A model generated the notes under the pieces. That model had not been told where the DNA came from, did no database searches, and saw nothing but the letters and a program-made list of their open reading frames with translations. Source: Ilumatobacteraceae bacterium (GTDB lineage Bacteria > Actinomycetota > Acidimicrobiia > Acidimicrobiales > Ilumatobacteraceae). From it: a stretch of 64,000 nt of DNA. The stretch covers positions 45,128 through 109,127 of the forward strand of contig JBDTRP010000116.1 in assembly GCA_039931555.1 (NCBI GenBank). The letters run 5' to 3'. Made by a program: the position numbers and the translations under genes. Position 1 is the stretch's first letter, and every line of letters begins with the position of its first letter. Positions 29,140 to 36,390 of the stretch are shown in pieces.

Positions 29140-30488
29140 CGTCAGCGAAGCCGGCGACCACCCGGCTCGACCGCCAGCAGCGCCTGATGGCCATCGGGCT
29201 CGTGCTCGGAGTGACGATGGTCGCCTTCGAGATCACTGCGGTCCTCACCACGCTGCCGACCATCACCGACGAACTGCACGGCGACTCGTTGTACGGCGTG
29301 GCCCTTGCCTCCTACACGCTGGCCAACCTGGTTGCCCTGGTCGTCACCGGGGAGTTGACCGATCGCTTCGGACCGGCACGGCCGTACTTGGCCAGCCTCG
29401 CCGTGTTCGCCGCCGGCCTCGTCGTTGCCGCAACGGCTCCGGGCATGGCGCTGGTCGTGCTCGGTCGCACGCTGCAGGGCGCAGGTACCGGTGGGCTCGC
29501 GCCGATTGCATACGTGCTGGTCAAGAAGGCCTTTCCGACCGACCGACAGCCGGCGATGTATGCCTATCTGTCGGCTGGATGGGTGCTGCCCAGCCTCATC
29601 GCCCCCGCAATCGCCGGGACGATCACTGATCAGCTCGGTTGGCGCTGGGTGTTCTGGTTCCTCTTGCCGCTGATCCCTGTGGTGGCGTTCATCACGGTGC
29701 GGCCGATGCGGGCGTACCCGTCGACGGGCACCACGGTCGTGCGCCACTCCCGGATCGGCGCGGCCATACTCGCCGCGGCCGGCATCGGCAGCTTCGTCAC
29801 GTCGTTGCAGTTCAGGAACCCCGTTGCGGCAGTGGGTGGCGCCGCGTTCGGGCTGGCGATCGGCCTGCCGAGCCTGCGCCGCCTGCTGCCCGCCGGTGTG
29901 CACCGCGCTGCCCGCGGCTTGCCGGCGATCGTGCTCTGTCGGATCTTCGCCACCGCGGCATTCCTGGGAGCCGACAGCTTCATCCCACTGGCCGCCGACC
30001 GGATCCACGGCACCTCGCCGACGGTGCAGGGCTTCGTCATCATCGGCGCTTCACTGACGTGGACCTGCGGACAGTGGTTCGTCGCCCGCCATCCCGACAT
30101 CGATCCTCGGCGTGCGGTGCGATGGGGGTTCGTCACGATGGCGATCGGCCTCGGTGCAAGCGCGCCGGTGCTCGCCTCGGGTTGGCCATTGTGGGCGACG
30201 TTCTTCACCTGGGCCATCGGTGGGTTCGGCATGGGCCTGCTGTTCAACCCGACAACGGTGACAGCGATGTCGCATGCCGACGAGGGCGCCGAGGGCCTGG
30301 TCAGCAGCCAGGTCAACCTCGCCGACGCCGTCGGGTTCTCGATGATGGGTGGCGTCGGAGGAGCAATGGTCGCCCTGTCGGATCGCACCAGCTTGTCGTT
30401 GGCCGGCGGGCTGGGCATCAACTTCTCGTTGGCGATCGCGCTCGCCTGCATCGGTGCGATCTGCGCCCGCCGGATCGCGGCGCGCTAG
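29136..30488 (+). CDS. MFS transporter
   Basis: About 12-14 hydrophobic segments and the motif ...GELTDRFGPARPY. GTG 29136 overlaps the amidase stop as GTGA. Confidence 0.85.
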   Translation: MTSAKPATTRLDRQQRLMAIGLVLGVTMVAFEITAVLTTLPTITDELHGDSLYGVALASYTLANLVALVVTGELTDRFGPARPYLASLAVFAAGLVVAATAPGMALVVLGRTLQGAGTGGLAPIAYVLVKKAFPTDRQPAMYAYLSAGWVLPSLIAPAIAGTITDQLGWRWVFWFLLPLIPVVAFITVRPMRAYPSTGTTVVRHSRIGAAILAAAGIGSFVTSLQFRNPVAAVGGAAFGLAIGLPSLRRLLPAGVHRAARGLPAIVLCRIFATAAFLGADSFIPLAADRIHGTSPTVQGFVIIGASLTWTCGQWFVARHPDIDPRRAVRWGFVTMAIGLGASAPVLASGWPLWATFFTWAIGGFGMGLLFNPTTVTAMSHADEGAEGLVSSQVNLADAVGFSMMGGVGGAMVALSDRTSLSLAGGLGINFSLAIALACIGAICARRIAAR

Positions 30489-30494
30489 TCGGGT

Positions 30495-30965
30495 CTAGGA
30501 ACCGGTGGGCGGCAACAGCCAGAACGACAGGTCTCCAGCGGGCTCCTCGCCGATCGAGACCTGGACATCGACCTGACCCGGTCGAGCAAATTGGATCGGC
30601 ACGAGATCGATCACCTGGGGCACGTTGATGCCTTCGCCCGGAAAGGCCTTCGACACCGTGTTGAGCTGAATGCCCACCTCGGCGTTGGCGATCACCTCGG
30701 CCGTATCGGGATACTTGAGCCGCACATGAACCTGGTGTGACTGGCCCAGCGACGCAGCCGGCAGGTGCACGACCATGGCGAGGTGCAGACGCGGATTGGC
30801 GGGATACTTGCTCTGCACCACTCGGCTCACACCGCCGGAGCTGACGAACAACAGACCATCGCGCACCTGCGCGAAATCGCAGAGCAGCAGCGTGGTCAGG
30901 CGGGCAGTCACGGCCACGACCCTACCGACCGGGCCACCCGCCAGAAGCAAGCCCGCCACAGACAA
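30495..30965 (-). CDS. Hypothetical protein
   Basis: ORF 30495..30965 with good GC3. I recognise no family. The start is uncertain. Confidence 0.5.
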   Translation of the reverse strand: MSVAGLLLAGGPVGRVVAVTARLTTLLLCDFAQVRDGLLFVSSGGVSRVVQSKYPANPRLHLAMVVHLPAASLGQSHQVHVRLKYPDTAEVIANAEVGIQLNTVSKAFPGEGINVPQVIDLVPIQFARPGQVDVQVSIGEEPAGDLSFWLLPPTGS

Positions 30966-30995
30966 GAGGGAACCGAACGCCTACCTTGAGCGTGT

Positions 30996-31268
30996 ATGAG
31001 CGTGCGACTTCGGGCACTTTCGTTCGGCGCGCTCGTCGTCGGGTCGGTGATCGCTGTCGACCCTGCAGGGCTGTCCCCATTCGGGCCGGCGAAGTGGCTG
31101 GTCGTCTCGACCGCCGCAGCGGCGACTGTCGCATGCGCGTTGCGCACGGGCGCGACACGATGTCATCGACGCAGTTGGTGGATGTGGATGGCGCTGCTGG
31201 CACTGCTGGCCCTCGACGCCGCAGGAATCCCCAAGACCGTCGTGCTCGTCGGCACAGCCAAGTCGTAG
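30996..31268 (+). CDS. Small membrane protein, possibly an N-terminal gene fragment
   Basis: ORF 30996..31268, with two hydrophobic segments. It ends abruptly 7 nt from the convergent ligD-pol stop. Confidence 0.3.
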   Translation: MSVRLRALSFGALVVGSVIAVDPAGLSPFGPAKWLVVSTAAAATVACALRTGATRCHRRSWWMWMALLALLALDAAGIPKTVVLVGTAKS

Positions 31269-31274
31269 CGACGC

Positions 31275-32174
31275 TCAGCGCGACGGCAGGGTCTGCTTGG
31301 TCGTCAGGACCGGCTCGAACAGATCGCCGAGCCGGTCGACGCGGTCCAGCACGTCGTCGATGGTGAACCTCAGCGCGGCATCGCCGCGGGCGCCCGCTTC
31401 GACCTCTGCCCACGAGACGGGAGTCGAGACCGTCGGCTCCGGGCGGGCACGCATCGAGTAGACGCCGATGGTCGTCTTGAACCGGGCGTTCTGGCTCCAA
31501 TCGACGAAGATCTTCCCCGGGCGATGGACCTTGGCCATCACGGTGGTCACCCGGTCGCGGTGCTGACGCTCCAGCACTTGGCCGACTGCGAGCGCGAAGT
31601 CGCCGGCGCCGTCGTGCGTCGCCGGCGTGTTCAATGGCACGTACATCTGCAAGCCCTTCGAGCCCGAGGTCTTGCACCAGCCCTCCAACTCGACTGCTGC
31701 CAACACCTCGCGAACCCACAGTGCGATCTCGCAACACTCTGTGATCGCGGCTGGCGCACCCGGGTCGAAGTCGAACACCATGGCGAGTGGAGTCTCCAGG
31801 TCCGCGGCGGCCGCCATCGGCACGTGCAGTTCGAGCGCGGCCATGTTGGCTGCCCAGACCAGCGCCGCCGGCTCGTCGAAGCGGCAATAGCCGATGTCGC
31901 CGTCGTGGTCGCCCGGACCGAGCGCTGTCGGTATCCACGACGGTCGGTGCTTCGGGCAGCGCTTCTCGAAGAAACCCGTCGTCTCCACACCGTTCGGGAA
32001 CCGCTTCAACGTGATGCACCGTCCGGTGAGGTGCGGCAGCATCACCGGGGCGATGCGGGCGTAGTAGTCGATCGCCTCGCCCTTGGTCGTGCCCGTGCCG
32101 GGGTACAGCACCTTGTCGAGGTTCGACAACGACAACTCGCGCTCGCCGACGCGCACGACGGTCCCACCGCTCAT
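31275..32174 (-). CDS. ligD: Non-homologous end-joining DNA polymerase/primase (stand-alone LigD polymerase domain)
   Basis: ...ELSLSNLDKVLYPGTGTTKGEAIDYYARIAPVMLPHLTGRCITLKRFPNGV... is the typical LigD PolDom N-terminus. 299 aa, with no ligase or nuclease domain. Confidence 0.9.
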   Translation of the reverse strand: MSGGTVVRVGERELSLSNLDKVLYPGTGTTKGEAIDYYARIAPVMLPHLTGRCITLKRFPNGVETTGFFEKRCPKHRPSWIPTALGPGDHDGDIGYCRFDEPAALVWAANMAALELHVPMAAAADLETPLAMVFDFDPGAPAAITECCEIALWVREVLAAVELEGWCKTSGSKGLQMYVPLNTPATHDGAGDFALAVGQVLERQHRDRVTTVMAKVHRPGKIFVDWSQNARFKTTIGVYSMRARPEPTVSTPVSWAEVEAGARGDAALRFTIDDVLDRVDRLGDLFEPVLTTKQTLPSR

Positions 32175-32217
32175 GACCCGACCCTACGCGATCGGCGCCT
32201 CACCTACTCGGCCGACC

Positions 32218-32442
32218 GTGAGTCAGATCGCGCGACTGGCGCGACACCGGACTCACACCGCTGCCAACTCCGTGCAGCCGTGAGTCAGATCGCGCGACTG
32301 ACGCGAGAACCGACTCACAGCCACCGGTCCACGACAACCGTGAGTCAGATCGCGCGACTGGGCGCGACACCGGGCTCACACCGCTGCCAACTCCGTGCAA
32401 CCGTGAGTCAGATCGCGCGACTGGGCGCGACACTGGACTCAC
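32218..32442. repeat. Four tandem copies of a 39-40 nt nested-hairpin element (GTGAGTC-aga-TCGCGC-gactg-GCGCGA-caccg-GACTCAC)
   Basis: Units lie at 32218-32256, 32280-32318, 32340-32379 and 32403-32442. Spacers 1 and 3 (23 nt) differ at one base. The array sits in the ku-ligD spacer. Confidence 0.9.
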
Positions 32443-32465
32443 GGCCGGGCGACCGGAGTGGTGAA

Positions 32466-33335
32466 CTAGGCCGACTTGCGGACTCGCCGGGGCTTGGCCT
32501 TCGAGTCGGCGCCGACGACCTCGAGGTCGGGGCCACCAGCGGGGTGTCGACCACGGGCGGCCTTGGCCGCCTTCACGCTGGCCTCCAACGCGGCCATCAG
32601 GTCAACAACCTGCGGGGCAGCTGCGGCGGGCGCCGGTGCCTCGAACTCTTCGCCGGCAGCCTTTCGCTCGATCAGATCGAGCACCTGCTCGCGGTAGTTG
32701 TCGCGGTACTTCGACGGGTCGAAATCGGCGGACAGGGACTCGACCAACGCTTCGGCCATCTTCACTTCTTTGGCGCTGACCTCGATCGAGTCGAGCACGC
32801 CGAGCTCTTCGATCGACTCGAGCGACACGACCTCGTCGGCGAACACCATGGTGCTCATCAACAACGTGCCCTCAGAGGCCCGAACAGCAGCGACGTATTG
32901 TTTGTTGCGCATCACGAAGCGACCGATGGCCACCTTTCCGGCAGCCTCCATCGCCTGGGCCAGCAGTGCATATGGCTTGGGTGCCTTGTCGGGGGCGAGG
33001 ATGTACGGCGAGTCGAAATAGACCGGGTCGATCTCGTCGAGATCGACGAACTCCTCGAGGTCGATGCTCTTGGTCGCCGAGGGGATGAACGGCTCCAGGT
33101 CATCGGGGTCGACAAGGACGTATCGGCCCTTGCTGATCTCGTAGCCCTTGACGATGTTCTCGTCAGGAACGTCCTCGCCCGTCTCGGCCGAAACCTTCTT
33201 CAGACGGATGCGGCCCATGGTGCGCTCGTCGAGCTGGTTGAACGACACGCTCTTCTTGCTGACGGCATGGAACATCTTGATGGGGATGGCTACGAGTCCG
33301 AAACTGATCGTCCCGCTCCACACTGGCCTCGGCAT
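32466..33335 (-). CDS. ku: Ku protein (NHEJ DNA end-binding)
   Basis: MPRPVWSGTISFGLVAIPIKMFHAV... is the canonical bacterial Ku N-terminus. It also has a basic C-terminal tail. Confidence 0.95.
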   Translation of the reverse strand: MPRPVWSGTISFGLVAIPIKMFHAVSKKSVSFNQLDERTMGRIRLKKVSAETGEDVPDENIVKGYEISKGRYVLVDPDDLEPFIPSATKSIDLEEFVDLDEIDPVYFDSPYILAPDKAPKPYALLAQAMEAAGKVAIGRFVMRNKQYVAAVRASEGTLLMSTMVFADEVVSLESIEELGVLDSIEVSAKEVKMAEALVESLSADFDPSKYRDNYREQVLDLIERKAAGEEFEAPAPAAAAPQVVDLMAALEASVKAAKAARGRHPAGGPDLEVVGADSKAKPRRVRKSA

Positions 33336-33379
33336 AGCGGTAAGTCTGCCCCGAAACTCGCGGTTTCACCAGGCCTGCG

Positions 33380-34231
33380 TCATCCAGCCAGCACGGCCCT
33401 GGCGACGAGGTCGGTGCCGAACGCAGTGAGAATCGCCAAGTAGAGCAGTCCGGTGGCCGCCATCACGGCCGAGTAGTACCGCTCGCGCAGCGCCGCCTTT
33501 GTCACCAAGACCAGGATGATCGTGGTCACCGCGCACGCCGCCCAGAACCAGCCGAGGGTGCCGTTCCACCCGTCGTCGACCGAACCGGTCCACACCGAAA
33601 CCATCCCCGTCGGCAGCAAGAGCGAGGCGACCTCGACGGGCCAGACCCACCCGAGCGCATCGACCAGCTCGTTGAGATGTCGCCGGGGCAGCCCGGGCTG
33701 CACGAGATACCAGTGTCCGAGCAGCATCGCGTCGGTCACGGCTCCCAAGAACGCCGCACCTGCGAATGTACGCACGAGGGACACGGCGAGGTTGCCACCG
33801 GCGTCGACCGAGGCAGCGACCAGGCCGACGATCCCTGCGATCGGCGCGAGCAGATCGACGACCGGGGGGAACTCGCGGCCGGCCAGGGGCTGCTTCACGG
33901 TGCGCTCGATGCCGGTCATCTCGGCGACCCGCTGCGACCGGCGATCGTGCTCGTCGGTCTGTCCGGACACCCCGGCATGGCGATGCACGACCGACACGAC
34001 CAGGGCGAACAAGGCACAGACGGCGACCGCGGCACCGCTGATCTCGCGGGCCCAAATCAACCCGAAGCGGGCGCCGAGCACCACCGCCCCCACCGCCATC
34101 AGGAGATAGACGCCACGCAGCAGCCAGCCGTACCCGATCCCCACTTCTCGACGCCGCGTCGTGAACCACAAGAACGCCAGCCCGCCCACCGCCCACTGCA
34201 GCAGCACGGTGGCGGCGTCGAGGCGGATCAC
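33380..34231 (-). CDS. Hypothetical integral membrane protein
   Basis: ORF 33380..34231 with about 7-8 hydrophobic segments. It lies directly upstream of ku on the same strand. Confidence 0.6.
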   Translation of the reverse strand: MIRLDAATVLLQWAVGGLAFLWFTTRRREVGIGYGWLLRGVYLLMAVGAVVLGARFGLIWAREISGAAVAVCALFALVVSVVHRHAGVSGQTDEHDRRSQRVAEMTGIERTVKQPLAGREFPPVVDLLAPIAGIVGLVAASVDAGGNLAVSLVRTFAGAAFLGAVTDAMLLGHWYLVQPGLPRRHLNELVDALGWVWPVEVASLLLPTGMVSVWTGSVDDGWNGTLGWFWAACAVTTIILVLVTKAALRERYYSAVMAATGLLYLAILTAFGTDLVARAVLAG

Positions 34232-34319
34232 GCCGGGCAGGCTAACCAGCGAACCCGCTCCGGGCGGCTCGAATCCGACCGGCTGAATCGGAAATTCTTT
34301 TCAGTTCCAAAACCTTTTG

Positions 34320-34348
34320 GTGACTGCAGCGTGTCAAGACCGTACAAT
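34320..34348 (+). promoter_or_regulatory. Candidate sigma-70-type promoter (-35 GTGACT, 17-nt spacer, -10 TACAAT)
   Basis: GTGACT at 34320-34325 and TACAAT at 34343-34348, within an AT-richer patch. Sequence-only prediction. Confidence 0.3.
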
Positions 34349-34354
34349 CGAACT

Positions 34355-34545
34355 CAGTGGACGGTCTCGCAAGGGTTCGTTCACTCACAGGAAGTCTCTC
34401 CGGTGGTGCCGGTTCCCACTTCGCCGATACGCACCCGTCCCGCAAGTCGAGCGAAGACCGCCCGCCGCGTGATGCCAGCGCCGCCGGAGAGCTCCAATAC
34501 GAACCCTCATGACCACCGTCCCGGTCGTGAGGGTTCGTCGTTTTT
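34355..34545 (+). ncRNA. Candidate structured RNA / riboswitch-like leader (unclassified), about 190 nt
   Basis: It is bounded by the candidate promoter and a strong intrinsic terminator. Internal helices: 34396-34409 pairs with 34478-34491 (14 bp including 2 GU), and 34419-34427 with 34447-34456. The 5' segments 34359-34365 and 34372-34380 are complementary to the terminator loop and left arm. Confidence 0.4.
34499..34545 (+). terminator. Rho-independent terminator
   Basis: ACGAACCCTCATGACC (34499-34514) pairs with GGTCGTGAGGGTTCGT (34523-34538). This is a 16-bp stem with one GU and an 8-nt loop, followed by CGTTTTT (T-run 34541-34545). Confidence 0.75.
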
Positions 34546-34614
34546 CCGGTTCGATGTGGCGCAGACCGCCGCTGCGAGCCGCGAACGCCCGCTCGTGGCC
34601 TAGATTCACGTGCC

Positions 34615-35250
34615 ATGCGACCTCGACCAGCGGTTCTCGCATTGCTGGTGCTGCTGACCGGGTGCTTCACGGGCCAGCGTCCGTCGTTCAGCGCCGAGCC
34701 GTTCCCAGCGGGGTCACCGACCGGTAACGAAGCAATCGATCAGGTTCTCGTCCGGCTCGACGCGATCAACGATGGGCCGTACACCGCGGAGTACACGGTG
34801 CTGACCAAGTTCGGCAACACCTCCCGGCCGGCCACCATCGCCGTCGAGACAGGACGTCGATCGGTCACGGTGGGCTCCGTGCGGTTCCTCACAGCCAACG
34901 GCGCATCGCAGACCTGCCTCCTCGACGGGAGCGACCCATGTTCGTCGACCATCGATCCGGCCAGGATCAGCGACACGCAGATCACTCCAGATTTCTACGC
35001 CGCCGCCGCCGCGAAGCGGCTGCGGCGCAGCGCGGTCGCCCTGGTCGGCCCGACGGTGTCGCACGTCGAGCAGATCGCCGGGCAGACGGTCACGTGTGTC
35101 GATGTGCCGGTGACCGGGGGGACGTCGGTGTTCTGTGCCCTCCCCAACGGACCACTCGCCCGTCTCGACGACGGGGCGGTGGCGATCAACCTCACCCGGT
35201 ACGCGCCGGCTGCCGACGAATCGCTGTTCGCAACGACCAGGACGCCCTAG
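34615..35250 (+). CDS. Hypothetical lipoprotein
   Basis: MRPRPAVLALLVLLTGC is a signal peptide plus lipobox. 211 aa. Confidence 0.65.
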   Translation: MRPRPAVLALLVLLTGCFTGQRPSFSAEPFPAGSPTGNEAIDQVLVRLDAINDGPYTAEYTVLTKFGNTSRPATIAVETGRRSVTVGSVRFLTANGASQTCLLDGSDPCSSTIDPARISDTQITPDFYAAAAAKRLRRSAVALVGPTVSHVEQIAGQTVTCVDVPVTGGTSVFCALPNGPLARLDDGAVAINLTRYAPAADESLFATTRTP

Positions 35251-35251
35251 C

Positions 35252-36376
35252 TCAGGCGTCGACGCTGACCAGTTCGTGGTTCGCATCGTTCACCGCGACC
35301 GGGCCATCAGTCGTGGCAACAACGATGTCTTCGAGTCGCATGCCCCACCGGTTCGGCAGATAGATGCCCGGCTCGACGCTGAAGGCATGGCCGGGCTCGA
35401 GCGGCAAACCGTTGCCCTCCACCATGTAGGGATCCTCGTGCTCTTCCATTCCGATGCCGTGGCCGGTGCGGTGCATGAAGTACTCGCCGTACCCGGCGTC
35501 GGTGATGATCTTCCGGGCGACCCGATCGACCTCCTCGCAGGGCGTGCCCACAGTCCCTGCCAAGACGGCAGTGCGTTGCGCTTCGTGCAGCACGGCGTAG
35601 GCCTCGGCAACCTCGGACGGAGGTTCGCCGAGGAAGACGCAACGCGTGATGTCGCTGCAGTATCCGTTCATCGTCCCACCGAAGTCGCAGAGCAGGATCT
35701 CCCCGTCGTTGATCACCCGATCGCCGGCGTGGTGATGCGGCGACGCGGCATTCTCGCCCGCAGCGACGATGGCGAAGTTGACGCGTTGATGACCCTCGCC
35801 GAGGATCCGCCTGCCGAGGTCGGCACTGACATCGGCCTCCGTGCGTCCGATCAGCGGGATGCGACCAGCTTGCAAGTCGGCAGCAATGCGGTCGACGGCT
35901 GCGCCGGCATCGGCCAGGGCGGCGATCTCGGCCGCGTCCTTGCGCATCCGCAGCGCGTTCATCACCTCGACGGAGCGCACGTAGTGCGTCGACGTCGACG
36001 GCCAGTGCACCAGGAGATCGACCAGGAACCTCGCCCACATCGTGTCGCCGATGGCAGCCGTTGCCGGATGGCCAACCAGATCGGCGACGACCGCGACCGG
36101 GTCGTCGGTCTCGTCCCACCGCAGCAGGGTGAACACGCCGGGCCGATCGACGACGCGAGGCGCCTCCAGCCGCGGCACTACCAACGTGGCATCGCCACCC
36201 TTCGGCACCACGAGCATGGTCAATCGTTCCAACGGCATGGCCTCGTACCCGGTGAGGTACGGCAGGTCGCGGCCGACCGAGATCAGCAGGACGTCGATGC
36301 CCGCCTCGTTCATCCGCGAGCGGGCTCGGGCGATGCGGTCGAGGTAGGTGGCGGTCGACGACGAAACGGCGCTCAT
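35252..36376 (-). CDS. M24 family Xaa-Pro aminopeptidase / dipeptidase
   Basis: The inner ATG 36376 gives MSAVSSSTATYLDRIARARSRM.... Metal-ligand blocks are present: ...DFGGTMNGYCSDITR..., HRTGHGIGMEEHE, ...FSVEPGIY.... Confidence 0.9.
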   Translation of the reverse strand: MSAVSSSTATYLDRIARARSRMNEAGIDVLLISVGRDLPYLTGYEAMPLERLTMLVVPKGGDATLVVPRLEAPRVVDRPGVFTLLRWDETDDPVAVVADLVGHPATAAIGDTMWARFLVDLLVHWPSTSTHYVRSVEVMNALRMRKDAAEIAALADAGAAVDRIAADLQAGRIPLIGRTEADVSADLGRRILGEGHQRVNFAIVAAGENAASPHHHAGDRVINDGEILLCDFGGTMNGYCSDITRCVFLGEPPSEVAEAYAVLHEAQRTAVLAGTVGTPCEEVDRVARKIITDAGYGEYFMHRTGHGIGMEEHEDPYMVEGNGLPLEPGHAFSVEPGIYLPNRWGMRLEDIVVATTDGPVAVNDANHELVSVDA

Positions 36377-36390
36377 CGAACCATTCTGGC

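Noticed and set aside
32218-32442. CRISPR array interpretation of the four regularly spaced repeats
   Set aside because: There are only four units. The 'spacers' are 21-23 nt and two of them are near-identical to each other. The repeats diverge between copies. There are no cas genes or leader in the window. It is better described as a tandem duplicated hairpin element.
32200-32442. 80-aa minus-strand ORF (MSPVSRPVARSDSRLHGVGSG...) across the repeat array
   Set aside because: Its repetitive peptide is just the translation of the tandem DNA repeats. It has no RBS and no recognisable fold, and it sits in the ku-ligD spacer. It is most likely not a gene, although translation cannot be excluded from sequence alone.
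34261-34285. GGCTCGAATCCGACC resembling a tRNA T-loop
   Set aside because: No flanking stems, acceptor arm or anticodon arm can be drawn. It is a chance similarity in the promoter region of the membrane protein gene.
34355-34545. Assigning the structured RNA to a known riboswitch class (cobalamin, TPP, SAM, glycine, ydaO/c-di-AMP, ykkC, ZTP), or to 6S, RNase P, SRP or tmRNA
   Set aside because: From memory, I could not find the conserved cores of these families, such as the B12 box, the CUGAGA of TPP, the GGAAAGUCCGG-type RNase P core in context, or the tmRNA tag region. A partial CCCGCAAGU resemblance to the cobalamin core is too weak. The RNA is left unclassified pending a cmscan.
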